Assembly (NCBI GenBank): GCA_964035545.1
Contig: OZ037766.1
Span: 2,046,001-2,110,000 of the forward strand
From: Bugula neritina
Taxonomy: Eukaryota; Animalia; Bryozoa
Direction of reading: 5' to 3'
DNA: 64,000 nucleotides
Within the stretch, counting starts at the first letter, position 1; each line of letters starts with the position of its first letter. The position numbers and the translations under genes were made by a program. Positions 25,837 through 39,536 of this stretch are shown piece after piece. A model generated the notes under the pieces. That model was not told where the DNA came from, did no database searches, and worked only from the letters and a program-made list of their open reading frames with translations.

Positions 25837-28266
25837 ATGTCCCATGCCAAGCTGTATAAAAACCGGGTAAGCAAAATATTTTGCACTATTTTTAGTTTGA
25901 AGAACTCTTTTTATATAAGCAATATATCAAAATAAATGCAAGAAATAGCTTTCTATAGATCATTGCTTACTTATAGAAGTACACAATCTTTTATTTGACA
26001 ACCATCTAGCTCTAAAACTAAACAAGTATTTAAGACCATCAAAAGAATTTTTGAAAGATTTGAAAATTGCATTATTTGAATTTGGCCACATTAATGTAAC
26101 TTCTTTTAAAAAAAAGATGTATTTATTTTTATAGATTTCTAGACATTGATCTAATTTGATTGATAGTAAGAATGAAACTGCTTAAAATGGTTTACAATGT
26201 TTATAACTAGAAGAAATAATTTGCTTATTTTTTTATAAATAATGTCAAAACAATTATTAATATTTTGATGCCTTTTTTCCATTCTGGCAGGCAAAGAGTT
26301 TTGCTGACTCTAATTCAATAATTCTTTCTCGTGCATCAAGAGAGAAAAGAACTACACAAGTTGGGAAGCTAAGAAAGGTAAAGTTATATTTAAGTGTCAC
26401 ACGTTGAAATATTTAATTTCATGCAGTTGGCTTTGTTTAGGTTATCTTTGATTAAAAAAATTATGCAGTAAAAATAAAAAGATTTTTGGGTTTTAGCTCT
26501 GCAAGGCAAACCAAAGGCATAAGTAGCAAACTAATTTTATTTGTTAACCTCATCAGAAATCCTGCGTCTACAAAATTTATTTACAAATTGTCAAAGAGGC
26601 TCCCTTTTTTTCATAAAAAAGAAATTATTTGCATGTTATACGATTGATATACTTTTAGCTTTGCAAAAGCATTTTACAGATGAAGGAATGTACACAATAA
26701 CACTTTTTAGGATAGCCTGATGGTGCTGTATATTATAATGCATAGTGAATAGATATTTATACATATATTTATATATAATGTAGCTATTATTTATAAAATT
26801 TGAATACATTTTTGTTGCTATGAATATTCATAAATAATATAAATACACCATATTAAGGTATTGTTGAAATAACAAGCAATTGAGATTTTCAATTTTTAGT
26901 TTTTGGATAAAACTTTTGTCTAAGTTGAAAGTTATTGGTTCAAAAATTATTTGTAAGTTGAGAGGCACCTCTTTTGAGCATTAGAACGATGGAAAATCAG
27001 CCGATCTCATGAGCTATTTATACAGATAATTACCAATAGCTAAACCGTATAGTGCTGAACAGACTTTCTACCTTCATTCTTTATATCAATCAACTTACAA
27101 CAGATTTGCAGACATAATTATTTTAGTTACATTTAGCACTGTAAACAAGGGTTTTGAGCATCGCACAACTACTTAACTTTACCGCCCTTAGCAAGCCTTC
27201 ATTCATTACACTAGCAACTCTAAATATAGCAACATGGATGCACGTACTTGTACTGTCAGTTTTTTGATAAATAAGGAAGAAAAGGTGGAATCAAGGATAC
27301 CCACTTTTTATCTACAAAATAATTATTTTCAGCAACTCCCAAAATGCTGCCATTGCCAAAAAGTGGTTAAAGTCGATCAGAAGCTCACTAGAGCTCTCAA
27401 AACTTTGAAGGCTGTAGAAGAAAGAACAGAGAGAGCTCAGTTGAAATTAAAATATTTGGAAGAGACTGTTGAGGAGCTAAAGCCTCCAATGTAAATTATA
27501 TTCATTACTGATAATTAGCAAAAATATTAGCTATAAATTTGTAGAATATTTGAGACTTAGATATTCATATGACTTTATATGTTGTGAACGGTTTTCCGAA
27601 CCTCACAGGCTATGAATACTTGTGTTGAACCAAATTAACACATTACCAACACCATGACAAAATTTTGCTTACTGGAGACTATCTTTACTTGATGGAAATT
27701 TATAGCTCCAGTTATTGTATTACTATCTTAGTTATTTGGTGGATGCTAAAGACTCCTTCACAAGTGGATCAAATCTAGGTTCCTCTAGGGAATCTCTGAG
27801 TGTGATGATAACTCCTGAACCTGAAAGCTTTGTGTCTGGAAGAACTGCTGACACATTGGATGGAGTGAGTACACACGGAATATTATGATTACAACCCTGC
27901 CAAAACTGAAAGAGAATGCTCAGCATGAATATTATATTTCATTCAGCTGGTCAAACTGATTATACATATGTATGCTATTAAATTAATCGCTGCCTACATT
28001 GTCATTTCCCAATTTACCCTATAGTGTAACTCGTTAGCAGCTAGCTTGCATGTTGCAAGTTTGGGGTTAAATTAATTATTTGACAGCTACGATCATTGAA
28101 TGCTCACATAATTTTTTTCACCATTTCTTGATCGGGTTGCGAAGATGTTTTCATAATATATCGAGTGAATATTGATAATGTCTGCGTTGAATACTTGCAG
28201 GTAGATGAACAACCTACTGCACCCAGTGCATGGCTCAGGTGGCTGCCTGACAGACATGTTGAATAA
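25837..28266 (+). CDS. Orphan basic/coiled-coil protein B (~157 aa)
   Basis: Exons 25837-25866 (MSHAKLYKNR), 26291-26377, 27333-27490 (QKVVKVDQKL..), 27732-27864 (..AKDSF..), 28201-28266. GT-AG, phases consistent; a small exon may be missing. Confidence 0.62.
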
Positions 28267-29580
28267 TTTTCTCAGCTATAGTTGGCACAGTGCCAGAACA
28301 GGGAGTCCAATCAAATGTATGAACTCGCTAATATCTAATTTAATTAGCAACCAAAGTGTAGTATATATAGTATGGTTATCTAAAATCTTTCCTTAGCTTA
28401 AGTTGTGTGTTAATGTAGTACTTGAACAAAGTAAATATATGTTTTGTTTCACACCGCAACATAATGGTAGCATTTTCTTGATTAACTAATAACTATTGCA
28501 ATGAGCTGTGATTTGTAGTAGAATAAAATATTACTACAATATTACCATTTACTATTATATTGTTGTAGTAATATAATGTTAAACTAATACTACATTTCAA
28601 GCAATGACTTGCTAATAGTGCTACTTTTGCATTTCAATATAAAGGCTAACATTATGTTTATTGTGTGTTATAACTGATACAAATTTTTACTTTCTAAGCT
28701 TGAACTTTCAATTTTTTATAGCCTATTTATGATTATACTAGTTTGAGAGAGTTAACTTGAAATAACTATCGTTGTTTCCAACATCCTACAAAATTAATAT
28801 TATGTCAGCTTATTATGTCTGTTGTTGGCCAAGGTTATTGCAAAAACATTTTGAAATAAAATCTAGAAACCAGAAATAGTGTTACTACTTACTAGAAAAT
28901 TAGCTGACTAAAGTCATGAGCAGGAAAAGGACGTATATTTCTAGAGTTCCTCATTCCTGAACTTTGAGTACCAAACTCTAGCATATCTTATGTAGCTAAG
29001 GCTTTTCAACGTGAGAACACAAACAGGTGGCGCAGCTACCTACAGTTTTAAGTGGACAAGTACGAGTACATAACTACTATCAGTAGCAAATATAAAAAGA
29101 TAGGCGGATTAAATTGATAACGAACAAAAGACTGGGAAGCTATGTTATGATAATTATATAACAGTGGTTACAGCTAATATAGGAGTAGACATCAACAAAG
29201 CCTTTCATACCACACCTACAATCGCTGTAAACAAAGAAACTTGAATAGGTCTACAAACACTTGAAAATCATGTTTTTAAGCGGAGTAAAATTGTATTTTA
29301 AGATTTATTAGTGTCAATTAGCATAGCAAGGCTGGTTACATCAAAATTGATGCTAAACATATTTTGACTGACTCAATACTTGGTTTGTTGGCATCTAAAA
29401 GTTGGTTAAATCTATCTTAATTCTATCTATCATATTGGTCTGTCTATTGTATAACGCTTCTAATGTATAAAAGGCTGCTGCAAGACATTTCTGCATTCTG
29501 CTTTTCTATTTTCTCTGTTAATAAATAAAAAAATGCTTAGAATTGAACCTAAACACAAATTGCACCATAAACTCACACAA

Positions 29581-29775
29581 GTTTATAATCACTATCCCTG
29601 TGAGAAGCCCATGATGAAAGAGGCTTTTGTTGAATTGGTTTAAGGACTTATTAAGAATAGTCGCAGGAGCAATTATGACTGAATTCTCTTCCTAACATTA
29701 CCAATAGTATTTGTCAGGGTTCGAACCCATGACTTCGTGCTTACTAGGCAAACGATCTAACCCCCAGATGCACCA
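29581..29775 (-). mobile_element. tRNA-derived SINE, copy 1
   Basis: On the minus strand, a tRNA-like head with A-box-like TGGGGGTTAGA and B-box GGTTCGAACCC, then a body shared with 32188-32385. Confidence 0.75.
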
Positions 29776-30227
29776 TAAACTAATGATTTGCATACTACAG
29801 AACAGTCACCCGAACACTACACAAGTAGGTTTAATGTGTTCTTATATTTATAATCAGTGCCAAAGTTTACCATGGACTAATGTATTACTAAACATTATTA
29901 ATTTACTGGTTTACTCTTGAACTTTGACTATAAAAACTGCATAAATTGATGATAATTTTTAGAAGTTTCACTTTAGAGCTCTGGTGTTTAAAGTAAATGA
30001 AAGACTTCCTTCTTTCCATAATATTTATTCAAGAACTAACACAGTATTTACACCACATTTCATAATAAGATGGTTTCTCAGTATTTTGAAAAACACATGT
30101 TGCCTAAACTGTACAGAAATAGTCTTTTTCAGCAAGTCATTTGACTTACACAAAGTAATAAATTTAAACATAAAAAAGAGACTTTCAATTTATTTGTTCA
30201 GTAGGTTTGCTTTGATTTAATATTGGC

Positions 30228-30450
30228 AATATAACTTAACTACTGACAGTCACAGTACTCAAATAACATTACTAGTCAAAATAACTCAACTACTGACAGT
30301 CACAGTACTCAAATAACATTACTAGTCAATATAACTGAGTTACCAACAGTCACAGTACTCTAATAACATTACTAGTCAATATAACTGAGTTACTAAGAGT
30401 TACAGTACTCTAATAACACTACTAGTCAATATGACTGAGTTACTAATAGC
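30228..30450 (-). repeat. 50-bp tandem repeat (~4.4 copies) overlapping the MKKS stop codon
   Basis: Units start at 30241, 30291, 30341 and 30391. The last unit encodes the final MKKS residues. Confidence 0.9.
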
Positions 30451-33400
30451 GACCGCCGTAGAGATCATTGACTGCTGCGTTAACAGACAATCTTTCCTCC
30501 ATGACTCAGACATCTCTCCAGCGTTCACACTCGACTTCTTCAAACACTTTGAGAAAGTCTGCACTATATCTCTGCAATGACAAACAGTAAACAAATAAAA
30601 CTAGTCTGTTTGTTAGAGTGTGGCTAAGCTGAGTTGATTATGGCTTATCAACTTACACGGTCAGTATGTATTATATTTCTTCTAAAACACTTGCATGTTG
30701 TCAAGAAATATTTACTGCTAAAAACAGTAGATGAACTGAGCTAACACAAAATTTATCCGAAAAATTCCCAAACTTGTTTGTGCTTTATCTCACCACTATT
30801 TAGCCTGAGAAGTACTAAATAAATATGAAAATACCACATAGCACCGAGATGTGCTAGCTGTAGTAGTGGTCTAAACTTTTGAGTAGAGCTTTGAATACAT
30901 GTTCAATATGAATGGTTACTGAGTGTGTCAGGGTGATACACTTGAGTTTGCTACTTAATTAAATTACTATTCTACTGAGTGACTATTAAACTGTGTCACT
31001 ATTTAATGAAATACTATTTAACTGAGTCACTACTCAAACAAATGACTATTTAACTAGTTAATATTCAACTGAGTTATTATTCAACTGTGCTAGCTACCTA
31101 ATAGGGTGGAAATTCCATGACTCAAAAAGACTAAAAGTTGGAAGCTTCCATGACTCATGGGAATCATTCCACCATTTCATGGATTTTCCAATTCCCTAGG
31201 AACTCAGACTATGTATTCTCCTGGAGAGACCCCAATACTCTTTGTCAAAAGTAACATTACATTTGTCTTCTAAACCATGGACAACATTTAGGCACAATTC
31301 AAGAGTTTGAAATAAAAACCAATATTATATACTAATTCAAAAAGTTACTGTAAACCTGAACTGTTACATAATACTAACGGCGTACCTAAAGCTACTCATA
31401 TTACATCCCAACCGCTGCAGGTCTTGAGATGAGACCTCATCAGCTGCCTTCAGGAGTTGTGGAATCATCTCCTCTTGCCACTGACCTCCACCACTGAGCT
31501 GTCTGGGATCGTTGAGTAATACCCTCAAGACATCAAGGGCCTGACCACAGCTCTTCTATAAAGGATACTCTAACTATGAAATATCTGAGTGAAAAGGGAG
31601 TTATCTCCCTTAATTGTTATAAAACCACTGAAAAGCATTAAACTGAATATTATTAGAATATTATTTCAAGGCAAAATGCACAGAGTTGTCTCCTCACATT
31701 TATATGCATTTCAGTATTTAAAGAAAAATACAATTCTTTTCCAATGAGCTGTTAGCTGTAATAATCTTCATATAAAATAAATAAAAAGAAAGAGTTATCT
31801 CCCCACACTAACCTGTATATCACTAGCAACATGCTCACTCCAAGACTGAATAACTAGAGTGAATGTAGGTTGGTAATTATCTCCCTTGCAACTGAGCAGC
31901 AGATGGATATCATTGTTGAATGTAGTATGGGAAACACTGAGCTCTACGGAACTAACTTTTACTGGTTTCTCTACTACACTTTCATATGGTACTGAGTCTA
32001 AAAGCATTGGAAATTATGCAATCTTAGTGACTATCCAACAGATATTAAATAAAAATAACTCACATAGGAATTATAGGCACCATCCCAACACGAAATATTA
32101 TCCATTATATTATATAACAAAAAATATACACAAAATATGTTTATTGGTGTTATTTATCAAATAAAAGCAGTAAAAACTCATTTAGGATTTATAGTCACAA
32201 TCCCTGTGAGAACCCCTGATGGAAAGGATAATTCTAATTTGGGCTATATAAAAACTCTATTTCTTTTGTGGCAATTATGACTGAATGCTCTTCCTAACAT
32301 CACCAATGACCTTTACCCGAATGACCTTTACTCGAAACCACTGACCTTGTGTTTACTAAGTCAGTTCTCTAACCCCTAGACCACAACTGCTTCACAAGTA
32401 AATGCTAGTAACTAGTAACTAGGGTTGGGGTAGGTCAACTAAAGGGAGAATATAGACTAAATGAAGGTCACTCACCAACCTGTCATATGCAATAGTCTCC
32501 GCATCTTCAGTCCAAGTCTCTCAAGGTAGGAGATTCTGTGAGATCTGAGCAGTAATTTAATCTCTGGATGAATGACCTTCTGACAGACTAGCAGAGTGAC
32601 ATTCTGGGCAGACAACTCCTGAATCAGATGACTCATTCTATTCATTACAGCCTACAAATATGTTTAATCATTAGGAGTTGTAATCCCTTGTTTCCAAAAT
32701 ATCAACTATAAAGACACCAAACACACTGGCCATTTTAAAGCTTTTAATTCTACATACACAATAGGATAAGTTTAATTGTAAGACCTAACAAATGTTTTAA
32801 TAAAATTTTAGAAGATTCGCAAGTTATATACGTGATATGTGGTTTAAGCTACAGAAGAAATAGGTCACAGTGATTGACTCAAAATGTTGACATATATGAA
32901 CGTGCCTGTGTGATTGGTTGAGAGGATTGACCTGTGTACACAGCTTTATGCAGTTCATCTGTGTCCCCAGTCATGGAGCAGGTTACAAACACAGTCTTGT
33001 AGCAGCCAGCTGGTAGAGTCACTACTGAATGGTAACGGTCTAATATAATACCTGTAACAGGAAGTTGGGGCTCTTTCTAATAACTGGAGATGTGTGAAAC
33101 AGCTGTGAGACAATTTGATCAAAGTATGAGTAGATATATACGATATTATAGAAGTAGGTATACAACAACATAGAAGTAAATATACAACAACGTAGAGATA
33201 AATATATAACAAATTAGTAGTAAATATATACAGTAAGTAGTAGTAAATATATACAGTAAGTAGTAGTAAATATATACAGTAAGTAGTAGTAAATATATAC
33301 AACAAATTAGTAGTAAATATATACAACAAAGTAACCACCAACCTGTATAAAGTAACACGCTGTGTCTCACATCTTCTGCTCTGATGTAGTCAACAGTACT

Positions 33401-34673
33401 GCTGGTGATCTTTCCACCAGACATGATGAATATTTCTGCCAAATGTGTGACCATCACATCAAGTGCAGATAACTCCATGTATGTCAACACTTTGCTAGAC
33501 AGCGTGTCATGTATCACAGATCTTATACTTTTAGCATTTATTTCTAACTTCTGGTTTGCTGAAACCAAACAGAGCAGTGAGAATACAGAAAACTTCTGAG
33601 ACTTGTAGCATTGAGGAAACTTTCAGCACTTATAACTAAAGTTTTGTAGGATGAAAAGCCATCTTAAGAAACAAGATTAAAAGAAAAATGTTAGAGTTAC
33701 TAATTGAGAACTTGCTGATTGCAGCAACTTTTAAGTAATTAACAATGTCACAAGTGAATGCAGGAATCCAATTACAATTATACAGTGTATGTATAAATAA
33801 ATGTAAATATATTATAAATGCAATTATTGTAATACATTATAAATGCAATCACAAATGCAATTATAAACGTATTTCTAAGCATAAACAACAAATTCCAAAG
33901 TCACTGTAATCTCATAAAAATCAATTTCTCTTTTATATTATGAAGCAGAATCATGTTTAAATGCATAAAAATTAGGACAATTATAAATTTGAAAGCATTA
34001 CAATTGAAACCAACAGGAAAGCAAGGACTGAGAATGAAAGTCAAAGTGATAAACTCACAGAGTGTGGAGAGGAGAGAAACACATTGCTGTGAGCACCAGG
34101 AGAGAATACCTGTGTACACCTTCGAGTGATATTCTGAATTGTAAAACTGGAGTATGAGACGGCAAATCATAGTTCCAAGGCTGCACCTAGAATAACAGCA
34201 GATAATGGAATCAGTGACTGTACATTTAAAATTGAAAATACATTTTGAGCTATACCAAATGAGAAAAGACAGCACTAGTTGACAATAGTTAAATTTTATT
34301 ACAGTTTATGTGATGCTTAAGTTGCCAAATGAAATAATTTTAACAAAATTATTATATAGCAATATTTAGCAGAGTTAAGACCAAACTAATCTACAAAAAG
34401 CTCTTTAGACTTATCTAATACACAACATGGTAGCATGCTCACTAACCCTCCACCTTTGTAGACTGACATATGCCTCTCTATAGCAGTGAGTATGAGCTGG
34501 ACTAAAGGATTGTCTGTATGGTAGTTGGATATCAGACTAGACGAGAGTCTGCTCACAGTTATGAGACTGTTACAAGGGTTCTGATAAGCTACATTACTAT
34601 CAGCTTTGTGCAGAGCATCAAACACTGATAATAAAGAGGACAACTCCAATTTAGTTGACTCTATATGTGCCAT
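30400..34673 (-). CDS. MKKS: McKusick-Kaufman/Bardet-Biedl syndrome 6 chaperonin-like protein, 8 coding exons
   Basis: Approximate exons 34673-34447, 34186-34059, 33558-33343, 33051-32906 (GC donor), 32651-32480, 31997-31813, 31555-31386, 30571-30400. Motifs NPLVQLILTAIERH, TLSSK, CSMTGDT, LLVCQKVIHP..LERLG, CGQALDVL..LSGGG and DCLL..TAVAISN align collinearly with MKKS as I recall it. Confidence 0.88.
32188..32385 (-). mobile_element. tRNA-derived SINE, copy 2 (degenerate, in an MKKS intron)
   Basis: Shares atccctgtgagaa and caattatgactgaat.ctcttcctaacat with copy 1; decayed tRNA head. Confidence 0.7.
33150..33330. repeat. 23-bp tandem repeat in an MKKS intron
   Basis: Unit agtaagtagtagtaaatatatac. 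Confidence 0.85.
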
Positions 34674-37600
34674 GCAGTTACAAGGGTAGAAGAGGTGATC
34701 AAAGGAAAGAGTAGTCAGTCAATCTAAAACATAGTGCAAGTAGAATTACTACAGAGTAACTCATTTTTAAATATCTGATGTAATATAATAGAACCTTATC
34801 TAACAAACAAAAGAAATGAACAAATGATTCATTGAAAAGCTAAATACAGTAGCTGTTTCAGTAAATGAAAAAGAGCAAAATAACAAAGTATAAATAAAAA
34901 AAAACTTTCCAAGTATAGAAAGGAATAAGTAAGTTGACATCAAACATAGTTTACAGACGTAGCTTTAGTTTTTGAAAATATGACTCTTTAACGAGTAAGA
35001 CTATTTGAACAACATCCAAATGCTATGTTAGCTGATAGTGGAGCAAATATGTTTACTAGTACAGTGACTGCTTCTCTTAAAATTAAAGTCTTATTACAAC
35101 TACTGCCACCACCACTACCATCATTACTACTGTTGACCCCACTAGCATCACATATACTACCTGCAATTGCAATAAAAATAGTGCTGTTTCTGCTAATTTA
35201 TTGCTCATAGATTTCATCTAACTATTCTTGGTAAAAAAAGTCAGAGATGTGTCTTTTACCAGGAATGCTTATTGAGATAAACGACACCTAGTTTTCAATA
35301 TCTTAGATTCTGATTCCAATGAGTCTAATTGTGATAGTCATTATCCAGCTGATAGCAACACAACTAGTAAAACTAGCAGTGTTATTAATTCAACTATGCT
35401 AATGGTAATACTGATAGTTATATCATAACATTCATAATATTGGGATTTCATATCATCGATTACCATTCATATGAACATACTTTGCATTCACACAAACATA
35501 TAATAATAAATCAATCAAACTCAACTTATTAGTGATGCTGAACTCATACTCATACTGTGATAGTAATAGTCGAAGTCAACATCATTGGGATTATTTCACT
35601 CACAGTCAATGTCACTATCACAGTGACTATGAGTATGACACTGATAGCGAATATTCTTATATTTATATGCTGTTATAATTTAAAATAATAATTATTTCAC
35701 AGAATAAATTAATTAATATCCAAAGTGTATTATAATTAGAAGAAACAAAAAAACCACTCACCTTCATTAAACTTAGTAATTACTAATTACTATTACTATT
35801 AGTATTAGTATTACTATTACTATTAGTATTAGTATTACTATTAGTAATACTGATTTGGGAATAGTAGTTAAAAAAATTTAAAGTCGAGATGAAGATTGCA
35901 AAGCTTGAAAAACTAAAATCAACAAATCATATATCTATAAACTTAGCAAATTTTCTAGATATTCAGGTTTTATCAATTTCAAATGATCCAATAAATCTGA
36001 GCAATGATAAAATATTTTTCATTCAGCTGCGTTGACAACAATCTTGTAATTCAACTGTTTCAAACCAAGCTGATCCAGTAATAGTTTGTTTAAATATTGA
36101 AAATCTAAAAGAGCCGAGCTAAATGAATGAGTTTTAAAAATCTAACAAATTAAATCACGTATATTATACATTTTTTTAAGAAAGCTTGGATCGCTAAAAG
36201 TATTTTACTAACTATTTTTTCTCATTAGGATCTTAAACTAGAAAATTATTGAGGGGATAACTTTACAAATCAATCTAACTTCAGGGATGGGTTTTCTTGG
36301 TAAAATATTCAGTAGTAAAATAATAATAGATTACAATCATTTCAGTGAAGATTTAATGACATATAAATAAAAGTAAAATTGCCAGTTTTTAAATGAGTAA
36401 TTTGTAAATTTGTTGAATCACATTAATGAAAGATAACAATTTAAACTTGAGCATCATATTATTTGTGCATAATTAGAATACTTTAGAGTTTAGAACAATG
36501 ACAACACAAAAAGATTTTGAAAAACACTCTTTTTGTTTTGGGTCTAAAAGATTAAAGAACAAATACATTCAAACATAAAGAAGTACTCTGCTGTTAACTA
36601 TTTTCTGATAATATAAAAGTTTTAAATATAAGGCAGTGAACACGTAAATTACTTTTTACCGATGTTTTAATTGTTCAAGTTAGAATTAAAACATTTCTGT
36701 TTTTATTGCTTTGTATAAAGAGTACAGTGTAAACCTGGTATCTAAATTATGTAGCATTCTAAAAAGAATACCAAGAATAACTTTTGACTGAGTTGGATAA
36801 ATGTGAGCTGAAGATTCTTAATTAGTGTGTTCACATGCAATCTTTCTTTCTACTATGCTCTATAGTACATGCGCACTCTTGACTTGCACACTTTCTATCT
36901 AACTGTATAATTCTCTCTCTATATTGTTGAAGTTATTTTTTATGATAATCACACAGGCATCATCTACACTATGTGCTGCAATTAGGTTTGCTCAAATTGA
37001 AGTTGCCCTCTCTTTCAATAACAGAAGGGATGAAATAAACAATTTTATACAAGAAGTCTAAGCAAAATAAATATATTGTAACAATTATTTTTTAAGGAGA
37101 AATGGCGTCTAAGCAGCTGTTATTAAAGGCTGAGTTAAATTATATACAAAAAGTATTGTTATTTTTATTATTGAGGAAAAGCGTGTATTTAGTTAACAAA
37201 AATATTCTTTTACATGTTTCAGATGAGAAATAACTAGAAACTGTAGTTCACATAAACAACAACAGAAGTTCTATTTGTAGTCTTAATTTGCTACTAGCCT
37301 AACCTGTAATTCAATTAATTATAAGGTGAGCAGCTTTCTACAAGATGAATGGTAAATTTCCATTTCAGATGTACAGAAGAGAATAAATTACAACGTACCT
37401 CTCATATGAGTTAAGCTGTATAATAGCGGAGTCTAATTGTTGACTCAATTATTTGAACTTGAGTTTACTCAGTAAATTCTAACAAGTAGCACTTATCAAG
37501 TTATTTTCAGAAGCACAATTACCTGAGTTAATTGCTAGGGGTAATAGCTGAGCTGGTTGAGGCAATTATCTGACTTTAACTGAACCTATTGACTCAACTA

Positions 37601-39300
37601 TTTGAACTTGAGGTTGCAAGCACCTGGGAGTATTCTTTATACTTTTTGAAGTTACCTTCTGATGCAGTTTTTCAGTTTTTACCTTGACTGGAAAATGGCT
37701 GGCTTTCAAGCTTGATTTGAAATTTTGGGAGAAATTATCGAAGCATAGCTGCATATTGTATAAGCTTGAGAAATATATTTAAATTGAGTGAGTTGATGTG
37801 TGTTACATAAAGAAGAAAAAAAAGCTGCATGGTTTGGGGGAAATACTTAATGTAGCTTTTCAATATTTTTGTAAAATTATGAAAACACTTTGAACTATAA
37901 AAATTTTGAAGATAGCAAAGCTATAAGACTAGATTTTCTACATTTGTGGATTTTTATTGCATTTTTGCTAATTTCTGCCAAGTACAAATATATAGACAAT
38001 CTCAAGTTTTCTATTACAAGGCAAGTTATTCTTTATCTGTTATCAATTCTCCAATTAAGATATTCCAGCTGGTAATAAAAGTTACACGTTTAACCAACGC
38101 AGGAAATACAAGCAACGCGTTTTCAGCTTCATTTATGATTAAAGACTTTATAGTGGTCCAGTTGATCAACAATTTTATTTTGCAGAACAAGTATTAGAAA
38201 TATTTAAAGAAAACAACTTAACCTAAATTTTAACATTCCTTAAAGCTTCTTCTGAAACTTCACCATTAAGTGTAGAAATATAGATGGTGTAAAACCCAAT
38301 AACTAAAAAACCCAACTAATATAATTCCTTAAGGCTTTGATTTAATAAAAAAAACAATAAATATTAAAAAATAAACTGTAGTATCATATAAATTTTGTTG
38401 TGTAATTATTTTTACTAAAATTTTAAGTTCTTACAAGTTGGTTCTTTTTCTAACTTGAAAGAGATATAAGCCCATTCAAGCTGACTGAGCTACCTTAAGT
38501 AGACGTAACTGACCAGGGTAACTTAATTATAATCTGAACAATCATACCTATAATTATAGGATAAAAGTTTTGCGGTGTAGCTTTAAGAGAAAATAGCTGA
38601 AATAGAGAGAACTTTCCAGTAATTATAAAGAAAACTCCCTGGTGAGCTCCAGCAATTAAATTCTTCTGCCAGATCAACCAGGTGTGTGATGACCAAACAT
38701 CAAATCATCAGTTGTCTTATTTAAACTTTATAAAGATAGAAGAGGTTTTACAGAATAGAATGAACTTATAAAATAATCTATGTTACAGAGTTGATGAATT
38801 AATTAAGTACTCAGAAATGTCAAAGTACAAACCATAAAAGTTCCTATGATATTAAATTCTAGCTTCTTTTTTAAAAAAAAAATTTTTTTTTGTATTGATT
38901 TGTCCAAGCAGTAAATATATTTGCATTATTTTTTAAAAAAGTTACAATGCAAGTAATATTTTAGGTTCATTAAAAATATGAGTTACCACAATATCCAAGA
39001 TATATTTATTTTATTTCTTGAAATTAAAGAGATTTTCTATTAAGATACCTAATATTTTTTGCTTAGAAATTAATAATATTATTTTAATTTCTAATACTTT
39101 GTTTCAGTAAAGGTAAAATATTTTATTTTAAGCATCCAGGCATGTATTAAGATATAAATAATATTAAAAAATTGTAGATAATGCTGAAGTCTATCGTAAC
39201 TAATATTTTTTGAAATACTGAAAGTATATGTTTTCTCTGAAAGTGAAGAGAGTGAAGTAAAAATCAAATTTCATTGTATCTTATTTTTCTCTGATTCTAG

Positions 39301-39536
39301 TGTATACAGAGATGGATGCAAAGATCTCAAACATGTCCATTATGTAGGAGGGTCACAGCTGGTGTCTACAAAAATAAATTATTCCAATTTTTAGAAATCC
39401 AATTTTATTGTATCTTATTATACGTAATAAATTATCTAGCAAACATCTTCAACACCTCAACTTCTCTCCAAAGAAAGAAACGATGTGTCAGTATTCATTA
39501 AAGGGCACATGTATGTTTCAAGATTCCCCTTTAATG
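39301..39536 (+). pseudogene. Chimeric fragment: RING terminal exon + 3'UTR fused to CCCH exon 2
   Basis: CIQRWMQRSQTCPLCRRVTAGVYK (stop lost by a 1-nt deletion), then UTR, then HLNFSPKKETMCQYSLKGTCMFQDSPLM|gt in another frame. No first exon. Confidence 0.8.

Noticed and set aside
29711-29775. tRNA gene
   Set aside because: No proper acceptor stem, and it is attached to a body repeated at 32.2 kb, so it is a SINE head.
37566-38197. ORFs apparently conserved at 37566-38197, 44180-44563 and 58938-59566
   Set aside because: The similarity reflects recent DNA duplication; frames differ between copies and no domain is recognisable.
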